From Campylobacterales bacterium (lineage in GTDB: Bacteria; Campylobacterota; Campylobacteria; Campylobacterales; QNZT01), in NCBI GenBank assembly GCA_027056215.1, contig JALULO010000116.1, forward strand, positions 1-35,764: DNA of 35,764 nt. The letters are read 5' to 3'. The translations under genes and the position numbers were made by a program. Shown piece after piece: positions 24,184-33,871 of the stretch. The notes under the pieces were generated by a model. It searched no databases and had not been told where the DNA came from. It saw only the letters and a list, made by a program, of their open reading frames with translations. Every line of letters begins with the position of its first letter. Positions within the stretch are counted from its first letter, which is position 1.

Positions 24184-25578
24184 ATGGCTTATTTACAATC
24201 ATTTGGTGCAGCGGAAGTTGTTACAGGATCTTGTCATATACTGAATCTTGACTCTGGTGAAAAAATCATGGTTGACTGTGGTATGTTCCAAGGAGAGCAT
24301 GAGCGAGAAAATTTTAAACCGTTTGGATTTGATCCTTCCCAAATAGATGTATTGCTTATCACCCATGCGCATCTAGATCATGTAGGACGTATACCGAAGT
24401 TGGTAAAAGAAGGGTTTACGGGAAGAATCATTTCCCACCGTTCTACTTTTGACCTTGCAGAGGTTGTTTTACTGGATTCAGCGCACCTGATGGAAGAAGA
24501 GTATCGTACACATTTTCGTAAAGCACAAAGACGTGGTGAAGAACATCATGTTAGGCAGCCTCTTTATACTCCTGAAGATGTTGAAGATGTATATGATTTA
24601 CCAAGTACGTATGTGTCGTATGGTGAAAAGATTGCATTGGGTAAAGATACTACGGCGATTTTTCGTGATGCAGGACATATCCTTGATTCAGCGACTATTC
24701 AAATAGATTTTATGGATGGGGGAAAACCAAAAACGATTGTTTTTAGTGGTGATCTTGGTAATCACAATGATATTGTTATGTCTGATCCTGATGCTGTTAA
24801 AAAAGCTGATGTCCTTTATATCGAATCTACATACGGAGATCGAAATCATAAAGGGATTAAAGAGAGCGTAGATGAATTTAAAGAAGTGATTACAAATACA
24901 TTACTTTCACAAGGTAATATACTGATCCCCTCTTTTGCGATAGAGCGTACACAAGAGATTCTTTGTCTTCTTAAACAGATGTACGATGATAAAGAGTTGC
25001 CACTATGTAAAGTCTATCTTGATTCACCGATGGCAATACGTGCAACCAACCTTTACAATAAATATCATGACGAACTTAGCACGTGTTGCAATGATTTTCT
25101 GAAACGTGATGGGACAATTTTTGATTTTCCTTATCTACACTATACACTTAAACCTGAAGAATCGAAAAAAATCAATAATGAAAATGGTTGTATCATCATC
25201 GCGGGGAGTGGTATGTGTACAGGTGGACGGATACTGCATCACTTTAAAAATCGTATTTGGAACCCTAAAAATGCAATACTTTTTGTAGGTTATCAAGCAC
25301 ATGGAACACTGGGTAGAGAGATAGTAGATGGTGCGAAGTTTATCAAAGTGTACCATGAGAAGATAAAAATCGATGCCAGAATCTATACTATCAACGGTTT
25401 TTCAGCACATGCAGATCAGAGTGAATTGCTTGCTTGGATGCAGAGTTTTGATAATCTTGGAAATATTTTTTTGATACACGGTGAAAAAGAGAAACAGGTT
25501 GTTTTCCAAAAAGTGATTCATCAAGAGATGCCAAATAAGGTTCATATCGTCCGTGAAGGTGAAAAAATTCAAATATAA
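24184..25578 (+). CDS. MBL-fold beta-CASP hydrolase (RNA-metabolising metallo-beta-lactamase, COG1236-like)
   Basis: The HAHLDH motif (ITHAHLDHVGRIP) is present. The beta-CASP region and C-terminal motif (GFSAHADQSEL...IHGE) are typical of CPSF73/RNase J-like enzymes. Confidence 0.85.
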   Translation: MAYLQSFGAAEVVTGSCHILNLDSGEKIMVDCGMFQGEHERENFKPFGFDPSQIDVLLITHAHLDHVGRIPKLVKEGFTGRIISHRSTFDLAEVVLLDSAHLMEEEYRTHFRKAQRRGEEHHVRQPLYTPEDVEDVYDLPSTYVSYGEKIALGKDTTAIFRDAGHILDSATIQIDFMDGGKPKTIVFSGDLGNHNDIVMSDPDAVKKADVLYIESTYGDRNHKGIKESVDEFKEVITNTLLSQGNILIPSFAIERTQEILCLLKQMYDDKELPLCKVYLDSPMAIRATNLYNKYHDELSTCCNDFLKRDGTIFDFPYLHYTLKPEESKKINNENGCIIIAGSGMCTGGRILHHFKNRIWNPKNAILFVGYQAHGTLGREIVDGAKFIKVYHEKIKIDARIYTINGFSAHADQSELLAWMQSFDNLGNIFLIHGEKEKQVVFQKVIHQEMPNKVHIVREGEKIQI

Positions 25579-25603
25579 TACTAAATAACATCTGGGGGTT
25601 ATT

Positions 25604-28021
25604 ATGAGTAGTAAATATGTAAAATGGTTTAATGAGATTGGAATAGAAGATGTTGTAGAAGTGGGAGGTAAAAATGCTTCTTTGGGTGAGATGTATCAAA
25701 ATCTCACAGAAGAAGGAGTACGTGTTCCCAATGGATTTGCGATAACGGCATCGGCATATAAGTATATTCTCGATTATAATGATGCATGGAAAAAGTTACA
25801 TGAGCAGCTTGATATGCTTAAACCGAACGATGTCAAGGTTCTGCAGGAAAAAGGTGCGGCATGTCGTCAGATTATCTATGATTGTGAATTGCCAACTGAC
25901 TTGAAAACGGAAATTTTGTCCGGTTATGCTGCTTTGAAAAAAGAGTACGGCGAAGGGCTTTCGCTGGCGGTACGTTCTTCGGCAACGGCGGAAGATTCCC
26001 CCGAAGCCTCATTTGCAGGACAGAACGATACCTATCTGAACATTGCGTCCGATGAAGCATTGCTGGATGCGTATAAACGTTGTCTGGCTTCCAACTTTAC
26101 AGATCGTTCCATTCACTACAAGTACGACAACGGGTTTGACTATTTTAAAGTCTATCTCTCTGTCGTTGTGATGAAGATGGTTCGTTCTGATGTAGGTGCT
26201 AGTGGGGTCATGTTCAGTCTTGATACAGAGACAGGTTTTAAAGATGTTGTTTTTATCAATGCTGCGTTAGGACTTGGTGAAAATGTCGTTCAAGGAACGA
26301 TCGATCCTGATAGTTTTTATATCCATAAACCAACCTTTAGTAAAGGTTTTCATGCAGTGTTAAAACGTCGTTTAGGAAAGAAACATCTTAAAATGGTTTT
26401 TACAGATACACTTAATACTGACAATATAGCAGTAGAATATACCAAAAACATTGAGACAAGCGAAGATGAGCGTAAATGTTTTTGTATCACAGATGATGAT
26501 GCTATGGTTTTGGCAGATTATGCGATCAAAGTGGAAGACCATTACTCTAAAAAGGCAGGTTATCATAAGCCTATGGATATGGAGTGGGCAAAAGATGGTA
26601 TGGATGGGCATCTTTATATGGTACAGGCACGCCCGGAGACAGTTGAATCCCAGAAAAAGGGAAATATCCTTAAGATGTACAGACTTAAAGAAAAAAGTAA
26701 GGTACTGGTAAGTGGACGTGCAGTCGGTACGAAGATCGGGCAGGGGGAAGTACGTACTATCACTGATGTCAAGTATTTGAGTGATTTTAAACCAGGAGAA
26801 GTACTTGTTGCAGATACAACGACACCGGATTGGGAACCTATTATGAAAACTGCTTCTGCTATCGTGACCAATAGGGGAGGACGTACGTGTCACGCAGCGA
26901 TTGTCTCCCGTGAATTGGGGATTCCTGCAGTAGTGGGTTGTGATAATGCTACTAAAGTACTTACAAATTCCCAAGAGGTCACGGTTAGTTGTGCCGAGGG
27001 TGAGACCGGATATGTTTATGATGGTAAACTTGATTATGAGATTGACAAAACTGATCTTTCTCAACTTCCTGAAACCAAAACAGAGATCATGATGAATCTG
27101 GGAAATCCGGATATCGCATTTTCGCTGGCATCACTTCCGGTAGATGGTATCGGATTGGCACGGATGGAGTTTATCATCAACGAATATATCAAAGCACACC
27201 CGATGGCTTTGCGTCACCCAGAAAAGGTTGACGATCAGACACGTAAAGCACTGGAAGAACTCAGCGAGGCATATGATACCATGGAAGATTTCTTCGTCAA
27301 AACCCTCTCCGAAGGTGTTGCGACGATTGCGGCGACGGTGTATCCCAAACCGTGTGTTGTGCGTATGAGTGATTTCAAAACCAACGAATACGCCACACTG
27401 CTAGGCGGAAAGTTCTTTGAACCGGTGGAAGACAATCCTATGATCGGCTTTCGCGGTGCGGCACGCTATGCCAATCCTGCCTATGAAGAGGGATTTGCGC
27501 TGGAGTGCAAGGCGATGAAACGGGTACGCGAAGAGATGGGGTTTGACAATGTTATCTTGATGATTCCTTTCTGCCGTCGTGTGGATGAAGGCAAACGCGT
27601 ACTGGAAACCATGGCAAAATATGGACTCAAACGGGGTGAAAAGGGATTGCAGATTTATGTCATGTGTGAAATCCCGAACAATGTCATCCAGATCGATGCT
27701 TTCAGCGAAATCTTTGACGGTTTCAGTATCGGCTCCAACGACTTGACACAGCTTACACTTGGGGTGGATCGTGACAGCGAAATCGTGGCATTTGACTACG
27801 ATGAACGCGATCCGGGTGTCATGAAGATGATTGAGATGGCAGTCGAAGGTGCCAAACGCAACAAACGACATAGCGGTATCTGCGGACAGGCACCGTCGGA
27901 TTATCCCGAAGTGGCGGAGTTTCTGGTGAAACTGGGTATCGACTCTATTAGCCTCAATCCCGACAGTGTGCTCAAAACCCTGCGGGATATTGTCCGGCTT
28001 GAAAAAGAGTTGGGGAGATAA
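25604..28021 (+). CDS. ppsA: Phosphoenolpyruvate synthase (pyruvate, water dikinase)
   Basis: 805 aa. N-terminus: VGGKNASLGEM. Catalytic His loop: TNRGGRTCHAAIVSRELGIPAVVG. C-terminal PEP-utilising TIM domain: GIGLARMEF...GFSIGSNDLTQL. Confidence 0.97.
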   Translation: MSSKYVKWFNEIGIEDVVEVGGKNASLGEMYQNLTEEGVRVPNGFAITASAYKYILDYNDAWKKLHEQLDMLKPNDVKVLQEKGAACRQIIYDCELPTDLKTEILSGYAALKKEYGEGLSLAVRSSATAEDSPEASFAGQNDTYLNIASDEALLDAYKRCLASNFTDRSIHYKYDNGFDYFKVYLSVVVMKMVRSDVGASGVMFSLDTETGFKDVVFINAALGLGENVVQGTIDPDSFYIHKPTFSKGFHAVLKRRLGKKHLKMVFTDTLNTDNIAVEYTKNIETSEDERKCFCITDDDAMVLADYAIKVEDHYSKKAGYHKPMDMEWAKDGMDGHLYMVQARPETVESQKKGNILKMYRLKEKSKVLVSGRAVGTKIGQGEVRTITDVKYLSDFKPGEVLVADTTTPDWEPIMKTASAIVTNRGGRTCHAAIVSRELGIPAVVGCDNATKVLTNSQEVTVSCAEGETGYVYDGKLDYEIDKTDLSQLPETKTEIMMNLGNPDIAFSLASLPVDGIGLARMEFIINEYIKAHPMALRHPEKVDDQTRKALEELSEAYDTMEDFFVKTLSEGVATIAATVYPKPCVVRMSDFKTNEYATLLGGKFFEPVEDNPMIGFRGAARYANPAYEEGFALECKAMKRVREEMGFDNVILMIPFCRRVDEGKRVLETMAKYGLKRGEKGLQIYVMCEIPNNVIQIDAFSEIFDGFSIGSNDLTQLTLGVDRDSEIVAFDYDERDPGVMKMIEMAVEGAKRNKRHSGICGQAPSDYPEVAEFLVKLGIDSISLNPDSVLKTLRDIVRLEKELGR

Positions 28022-28023
28022 AG

Positions 28024-30126
28024 ATGCAAAGCAACGCTATCTTCCTCTACAGCGATGCCCGACGATCCGGAACGCGGATTGTCGCGCTGGGGTTGATGGC
28101 GATGCTCAAACGTGAAGTAGCCGATGTTGCCTACTTCAAGCCGATTATCACAAAGCCTGTCGAAGAAGAGCGTGATATCGACTTTTTCAAACACTACTTT
28201 AAACTCAGACAGCCTGTAGAGAGTGCTTACGGATTGCATATTGACGAAGTGCAAAAGCTGATTGCCGAAGATCGTCTTGGCGAAGTCTATGAACGTATTT
28301 TGGAACGCTACCATGCGCTCGAAGGAGCGTACGATGTGATTTTGTGCGAGGGCATAGAAGATGATTTCGATTTTGAACAAGTACTCGATTTTGACATAGA
28401 TCTGGAGATCGCTGCTAGTCTTGCGATTCCTATGATTGCGATTGTCAATGCCAAAAAAACAGAAAATCTGGAAACTTTAGAACAACATCTCAAACTGCTT
28501 GAGCGTACATTTGCGAAACATCGTCTTCATCTTCTTTCATTTGTTGTCAACCGTCTTGATGTTTCATTTGTAAAAGCTTCCCAAAAAGTGCTTCAGACGG
28601 AGGCACCACTTTTTGTTCTTCCCGAAATGGCGGAACTCAATCAGCCTACGATTGCCGAGATCATGGAGCAGACAGGTGCAACACTTATTTCCAAAGATGA
28701 GAAGATGCTGGATCGTTCCGTGGCACAGAGTATCGTCGGAGCGATGACACTAGAGCATTATCTGAACTATCTGAAAGATGGTGATTTGATTATCGTGCCG
28801 GGGGATCGTTCGGATATTTTGGTAGGAACTTACTGGGCGAATCTGTCACGAAAAAATCCTTCGATTGCGGGCATGCTTCTGACCGGAGGTCTGGTTCCTG
28901 CCGAGAGTATCATGCAGTTGCTTTCGGGCGTTGATTTTCCTGCACTGCCGATGATCGGACTTCATGAAGATACCCAGGCAGCGGCTTTGAAAGTGCAGGC
29001 GGTACAGTCGGAAATCACGCTCAAAAGTGAACGGAAAATCTCTCTGGCAGAGGGGCTTTTCTGTGAACACGTTGATCTGGATATCATCAAAAAACGTCTG
29101 ACACTTTCTCGTCCAGAGACGATGACTCCAGTACGGTTTACTTATATGCTTTATGAAAAGGCGCGTCATTCAGGTAGTGATGTGTTGCTTCCTGAAATTG
29201 ATGACGAGAGGGTTCTTCGAGCTGCTGAGATTGTGCTTCGTCGTAAACTATGTAAAATCACACTGTTGGGAAACCCGGAAAAAATCGCCCAGCGTGCTAG
29301 TTTACTGGGACTAAACCTCTCTGGCGCACGTATTGTTGATCCTGAGAATTTTCCGGATATGGACAAATTTGTCGAAACATTTTATCAGTTACGTAAACAC
29401 AAAGGTATCATCCTTCCAATGGCAAAGGAGATGATGAGCCGGGTCAGCTACTTCGCAACGATGATGGTTCATCTGGGCTATGCAGATGCTCTAGTCAGCG
29501 GTGCTACCCATACGACACGTGAAACAATCAAACCCGCTTTTGAGATTATCAAAATGGAACCAGAAGAGAAACTCATCTCTAGTGTTTTTTTTATGTTATT
29601 GCATGACAGGGTGCTTGTGTACGGTGATTGCGCGGTCAATCCCGATCCAAATGCTGAAGCGTTGGCTGAGATTGCCATTCAGTCTGCACATACTGCACAG
29701 GCTTTTGGGCTAGTACCACGGGTGGCAATGCTTTCTTATTCTAGTGGTGATTCCGGTGTTGGGGAAGATGTAGACAAAGTGCGTAAAGCAATGGAAATAG
29801 CAAAACAAAGAGCACCTGAATTGCTGATCGAAGGACCGATGCAGTATGATGCAGCCATTGATCCAAAAGTTGCCAAAGAGAAGATGCCTGGAAGCAAAGT
29901 TGCTGGACAGGCGACGGTTTTTATCTTTCCCGATCTCAATACCGGAAACAATACCTACAAAGCGGTACAGCGTAGTGCCGGTGCTATCGCAATCGGTCCG
30001 ATTTTGCAGGGTATTCGAAAACCGGTCAATGATCTGAGTCGCGGCTGTTTGGTGGAAGATATTGTCCATACGATTGCGATTACCGCAGTACAAGCGGCGA
30101 TGGAGAAGGCGAAACAGAAATCATGA
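28024..30126 (+). CDS. pta: Phosphate acetyltransferase, long form (BioD-like/DRTGG N-domains plus PTA_PTB domain)
   Basis: 700 aa. The C-terminal half (...GADALVSGATHTT..., ...YGDCAVNPDP..., ...SYSSG.SG..., FIFPDLNTGNNTYKAVQR) is a classic Pta. It starts 2 nt after the pps stop. Confidence 0.95.
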   Translation: MQSNAIFLYSDARRSGTRIVALGLMAMLKREVADVAYFKPIITKPVEEERDIDFFKHYFKLRQPVESAYGLHIDEVQKLIAEDRLGEVYERILERYHALEGAYDVILCEGIEDDFDFEQVLDFDIDLEIAASLAIPMIAIVNAKKTENLETLEQHLKLLERTFAKHRLHLLSFVVNRLDVSFVKASQKVLQTEAPLFVLPEMAELNQPTIAEIMEQTGATLISKDEKMLDRSVAQSIVGAMTLEHYLNYLKDGDLIIVPGDRSDILVGTYWANLSRKNPSIAGMLLTGGLVPAESIMQLLSGVDFPALPMIGLHEDTQAAALKVQAVQSEITLKSERKISLAEGLFCEHVDLDIIKKRLTLSRPETMTPVRFTYMLYEKARHSGSDVLLPEIDDERVLRAAEIVLRRKLCKITLLGNPEKIAQRASLLGLNLSGARIVDPENFPDMDKFVETFYQLRKHKGIILPMAKEMMSRVSYFATMMVHLGYADALVSGATHTTRETIKPAFEIIKMEPEEKLISSVFFMLLHDRVLVYGDCAVNPDPNAEALAEIAIQSAHTAQAFGLVPRVAMLSYSSGDSGVGEDVDKVRKAMEIAKQRAPELLIEGPMQYDAAIDPKVAKEKMPGSKVAGQATVFIFPDLNTGNNTYKAVQRSAGAIAIGPILQGIRKPVNDLSRGCLVEDIVHTIAITAVQAAMEKAKQKS

Positions 30127-31307
30127 AACTCTTTGTTCTCAACTCCGGCAGCTCCTCTTTGAAATATACCTTGTATGATATTCGTGACGGTATCCGTAAA
30201 ATTGTCTGGGGTATGGTAGAGCGTATCGGTGAGAAAGAGGGTAGGGTGACACTTTTTCATGCATTGGAAAAAGAGGTGATTTTGGCACATATCAAAGATC
30301 ATCATAACGCTTTGAAACTGGTGCTGAGGCAGTTAGATAAATATGGATATCTCAAATCTTTTTCCGATTTAGCAGGCTGTGCACACCGTGTGGTGCATGG
30401 CGGGGCGAAATTTACTGCACCAACGCTGATCGACCGGGAAGTGCTGGAAGCCATCGAAGAGCTGATCCCACTTGCCCCTTTGCATAACCCCGCCAATCTC
30501 GAAGGGATCAAAACGCTCATGAAGCTTTCCCCTACAACGCCACAGATTGCACTTTTTGATACGGCGTTTCATCAGAGTATGCCGGAGGTCGCGTATCGAT
30601 ATGCATTGCCCGAAGCGATGTCCCTTGAACTCGATATCCGCCGTTACGGCTTTCATGGACTTTCACACCACTATTTGCGGGATGAAACGGCAAAATTACT
30701 CTCAAAAGCACCGCGTCAGTGCAATTTAATCACCCTACATCTTGGAAATGGTGCTAGTGTCGCAGCGATAAAAGCGGGAAAAAGTATCGATACGTCGATG
30801 GGATTTACACCGCTGGAAGGTTTGGTGATGGGAACACGCCCAGGGGATCTCGATGCAGGTATTTTACTCTATTTGATGCAAAGCAAAGGTATGGATGCAG
30901 CAGCACTAGATCAGTTACTCAACCATGAAAGCGGACTCAAAGGGCTTTGCCATACCAACGACATGCGTGAGATTTTGGAGCGAAAAGCACAGGGAGATGT
31001 AAAAGCGACACTGGCTTTTGAAATTTTTTGCTACCGGATTCAAAAATATATTGGAGCTTATCTGGCGATTTTGGGTGGTGTGGATGCTGTTGTTTTTGCT
31101 GGGGGCATCGGAGAACATAGTGCAGAAGTGAGGGAACGGATCTGTACGCAGATGTCCCACCTCGGGTTGGTGATAGACGAAGTGAAAAACCGTGCTTTCA
31201 CAAAAGGTGCGCAGATGGTGCATAGCCCGCAGAGCAAAATAAAAATTGCCGTTGTGCAGACCGATGAAGCGTTGCAGATGGCAAGAGAGAGTGTTAAAAT
31301 ATTATAA
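30123..31307 (+). CDS. ackA: Acetate kinase
   Basis: N-terminus: VLNSGSSSLKY. Further motifs: HRVVHGG, ...FDTAFH..., ...GFHGLSH..., ...LHLGNGAS..., ...MGTR.GD.D.... Its ATG overlaps the pta stop (ATGA at 30123-30126). Confidence 0.95.
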   Translation: MKLFVLNSGSSSLKYTLYDIRDGIRKIVWGMVERIGEKEGRVTLFHALEKEVILAHIKDHHNALKLVLRQLDKYGYLKSFSDLAGCAHRVVHGGAKFTAPTLIDREVLEAIEELIPLAPLHNPANLEGIKTLMKLSPTTPQIALFDTAFHQSMPEVAYRYALPEAMSLELDIRRYGFHGLSHHYLRDETAKLLSKAPRQCNLITLHLGNGASVAAIKAGKSIDTSMGFTPLEGLVMGTRPGDLDAGILLYLMQSKGMDAAALDQLLNHESGLKGLCHTNDMREILERKAQGDVKATLAFEIFCYRIQKYIGAYLAILGGVDAVVFAGGIGEHSAEVRERICTQMSHLGLVIDEVKNRAFTKGAQMVHSPQSKIKIAVVQTDEALQMARESVKIL

Positions 31308-31317
31308 GGAGAAAAAT

Positions 31318-33843
31318 ATGCCACACAAATCCCGAAAAATCAAAGCGGTACTGATGGCAGGCGGTTTTGGAACACGTATCCAGCCCCTGACAAACTCTGT
31401 ACCAAAGCCGATGCTTCCCATACTCAATATCCCGATGATGGAACATATCGTCAATAAATTACGACGAAGTGGTATAGACGAAATAGTCATATTGCTCTAT
31501 TTTAAACCCGAAGTGATTCAAGAACATTTTGGGGATGGTAGCAGCCGTGGTGTGAAAATCACCTATGCTCTACCCGATGATGACTATGGTACAGCTGGTG
31601 CAGTGGGATTTGCCAGAGAACATCTTGATACCACTTTTATGATTGTTAGTGGGGATTTGGTGACAGATTTTGATTTTGATGAGATCATCGCATTTCATAA
31701 ACAAAAAGCTTCAAAATTAACGATTACATTGACACCTGTTGAAGACCCTTTACAATTTGGTGTTGTCATTACCGATGATGACGGGAAGATAGAGCGCTTT
31801 TTAGAAAAACCAAGTTGGGGTGAAGTTTTTAGCGATACGATCAATACCGGTATTTATCTAATCGAACCGGAGATTTTGGACTATATTCCGCAAAATAGCT
31901 CTTATGATTTTTCAAAGGATCTTTTCCCTCACTTGATGGAAGAAGGGATTACCTTGTGGGGATGTAGTGTACAGGGGTACTGGAGAGATGTGGGGAATCC
32001 TATGAGTTACCGTGAAGTGCATCAAGATATCTTTGAGGGGAAAGTGCTCTATGATTTGCCAGGACACTGTATCCAAAATGAGACGGTAAATCTTTGTTTA
32101 GAAGATGGTGTTCAGTTACCTCGTACAGTGACGACTCGTGGGATAGTTGTGATTGGCAAAGGTACGACCATAGCTGATGGAGCTGTATTGGAAAATTGTG
32201 TGATTGGACGAAATTGTGAGATTGGTAAAAACGTGCAGATAGAAAATAGTATACTTTGGGAGAGGGTACACGTTGGTGCAAAAAGTCGTTTGAACAATGT
32301 CATAATTTGTAATGATACGACGATTGATGAATCGTGCAGTATCAGAGATGGGGCGGTGATTGCCGAGTTTTGCAGAATTGACGAGGGTGTGAAGATCATC
32401 AAAGATGTGACTGTCTGGCCGCATAAAGTCATAGAGAAAAAAGCGGTTGTCAGCAGCAATGTTGTTTGGGGTGAGATGTACAAAAGTTCCCTGTTTCACA
32501 AAGGTAAAGTGATTGGTTCCGCCAATGTAGAACTCACCGGAGAGATGGCAGTGAAGATCGCCGAAGCGTTTGGTACGATTTTGCAGGAGGGCTCGACAGT
32601 CTATGTCTCCAGAGACTATCACCCTTCTTCACGGATGCTAAAACGGTTTGTTCTGGGAGGACTCCTTTCTACCGGTATCAACTGTGTCGATATCCAGGCG
32701 ATCCCGAGTAACGTCATGCGTCATGAACTCTTCAAAAACGAAGATATTGCAGCGGGTGTGCATATCCGTCACTCTGTCAGCCATATCAATAAAACAGAGA
32801 TTGTCTTTTTTACACACGAAGGGATGTTAATCGATACCAATTTGGCAAAGAGTATCGAGCGTATTTTTTTTCGTGAACAGTTTCGCCGTGTCAATCCTGG
32901 ACGTATTGGAAAGATTCAAGAAAGCTACGACATGAAGTTAGCGTATAAACGAGATGTTAGGGCATTGATTTCCAAAGAGATTTTTGCAGGTGTGCATTTT
33001 AAAATAGCAGCCAATATGTTACATGGTATGGTAAGTGATATCTATCCTGCACTACTAGATACACTGGGGATTGATAATATTATGATCAATGATTATGTTA
33101 GTGTAAAAAAACTGGAAAAAATCACTGCCCAAAATCAGGTCGCAGCAAAACAAGAACTCTCCGATATCGTTAAAGCATTAGGTCTTTGTGTGGGGATTAT
33201 GCTCTATCCCAATGGACAGCGGATGGATATCGTTGATGATCATGGAGTGATTCTTCCTCGTGAGCGGGTACTAATGGCACTTTTATATATGCTTCATTTG
33301 CATGATAGTAAAACCTATAAAGTTTATTTGCCTGCGTGGGCACCGGATATCATGGACGATAAATTTACGGATATCGAAATCAAACGGGGACGGTTGATGG
33401 GCAAAAAGACAGAATATTTAGGACAGTTTGATTTGGTTGCTGACGTGGATGCGCATTATGCTTTTACAGAATTTGGCTATCACAGTGATGCGATTTATGC
33501 AAGTTTGAAAATTCTTGAGTTTATGGTGTTGCATAAAATGAACTTTTCAAAAATATTGGAGCATATTGAAGATTTCTACTATTTTGCAATCTCACTTTCA
33601 TGTCCTGCTGCAACTAAAGGAAAAGTGATGCGACTTTTTATGGAAGAGGGGAAAAACTATACCATTTCACACCTCGATGGTATCAAAATCACTTTTGAAA
33701 AAAATGAATGGGTCTTGATGATTCCAGATGATCATACAGATTTGGTACATTTATATGTACAATCTTTTGAGCGAAAAAGAGGGGAAGATCTGAAAGAACG
33801 ATATGTGCAAAAGATGAAGGAGTGGATTTCTGAGGATATGTAA
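31318..33843 (+). CDS. Fusion protein: sugar-1-phosphate nucleotidyltransferase (plus left-handed beta-helix) fused to a phosphohexomutase-like domain
   Basis: The start ATG at 31318 is preceded by AAGGAG, and the ORF is open from 31246. N-terminus: AVLMAGGFGTRIQPLTNSVPKPMLP (G-x-G-T-R NTP-transferase loop). Hexapeptide repeats follow. From about residue 390 there is a PGM/PMM-like fold. Confidence 0.8.
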   Translation: MPHKSRKIKAVLMAGGFGTRIQPLTNSVPKPMLPILNIPMMEHIVNKLRRSGIDEIVILLYFKPEVIQEHFGDGSSRGVKITYALPDDDYGTAGAVGFAREHLDTTFMIVSGDLVTDFDFDEIIAFHKQKASKLTITLTPVEDPLQFGVVITDDDGKIERFLEKPSWGEVFSDTINTGIYLIEPEILDYIPQNSSYDFSKDLFPHLMEEGITLWGCSVQGYWRDVGNPMSYREVHQDIFEGKVLYDLPGHCIQNETVNLCLEDGVQLPRTVTTRGIVVIGKGTTIADGAVLENCVIGRNCEIGKNVQIENSILWERVHVGAKSRLNNVIICNDTTIDESCSIRDGAVIAEFCRIDEGVKIIKDVTVWPHKVIEKKAVVSSNVVWGEMYKSSLFHKGKVIGSANVELTGEMAVKIAEAFGTILQEGSTVYVSRDYHPSSRMLKRFVLGGLLSTGINCVDIQAIPSNVMRHELFKNEDIAAGVHIRHSVSHINKTEIVFFTHEGMLIDTNLAKSIERIFFREQFRRVNPGRIGKIQESYDMKLAYKRDVRALISKEIFAGVHFKIAANMLHGMVSDIYPALLDTLGIDNIMINDYVSVKKLEKITAQNQVAAKQELSDIVKALGLCVGIMLYPNGQRMDIVDDHGVILPRERVLMALLYMLHLHDSKTYKVYLPAWAPDIMDDKFTDIEIKRGRLMGKKTEYLGQFDLVADVDAHYAFTEFGYHSDAIYASLKILEFMVLHKMNFSKILEHIEDFYYFAISLSCPAATKGKVMRLFMEEGKNYTISHLDGIKITFEKNEWVLMIPDDHTDLVHLYVQSFERKRGEDLKERYVQKMKEWISEDM

Positions 33844-33855
33844 AACTTTTTAAAC

Positions 33856-33871
33856 TGTACGCTAACTAACA
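33856..33871. promoter_or_regulatory. Site F of the palindrome (TGTACGCTAACTAACA; weakest copy), upstream of the LOG / H+-ATPase genes
   Basis: The right half-site TAACA is perfect and the left half matches 3 of 5 positions. It lies 21 nt upstream of a perfect TATAAT (33893-33898). Confidence 0.4.

Noticed and set aside
26372-30656. Many long antisense or out-of-frame ORFs (up to 230 aa) within ppsA, pta and ackA.
   Set aside because: They arise because elevated GC content in this block depletes stop codons. The sense-strand proteins are unambiguous full-length enzymes.
31246-31317. Upstream extension of the nucleotidyltransferase ORF overlapping the end of ackA.
   Set aside because: The ATG at 31318 has an AAGGAG RBS, and the conserved G-x-G-T-R loop follows at the usual distance from the N-terminus. 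The extension merely overlaps ackA in another frame.
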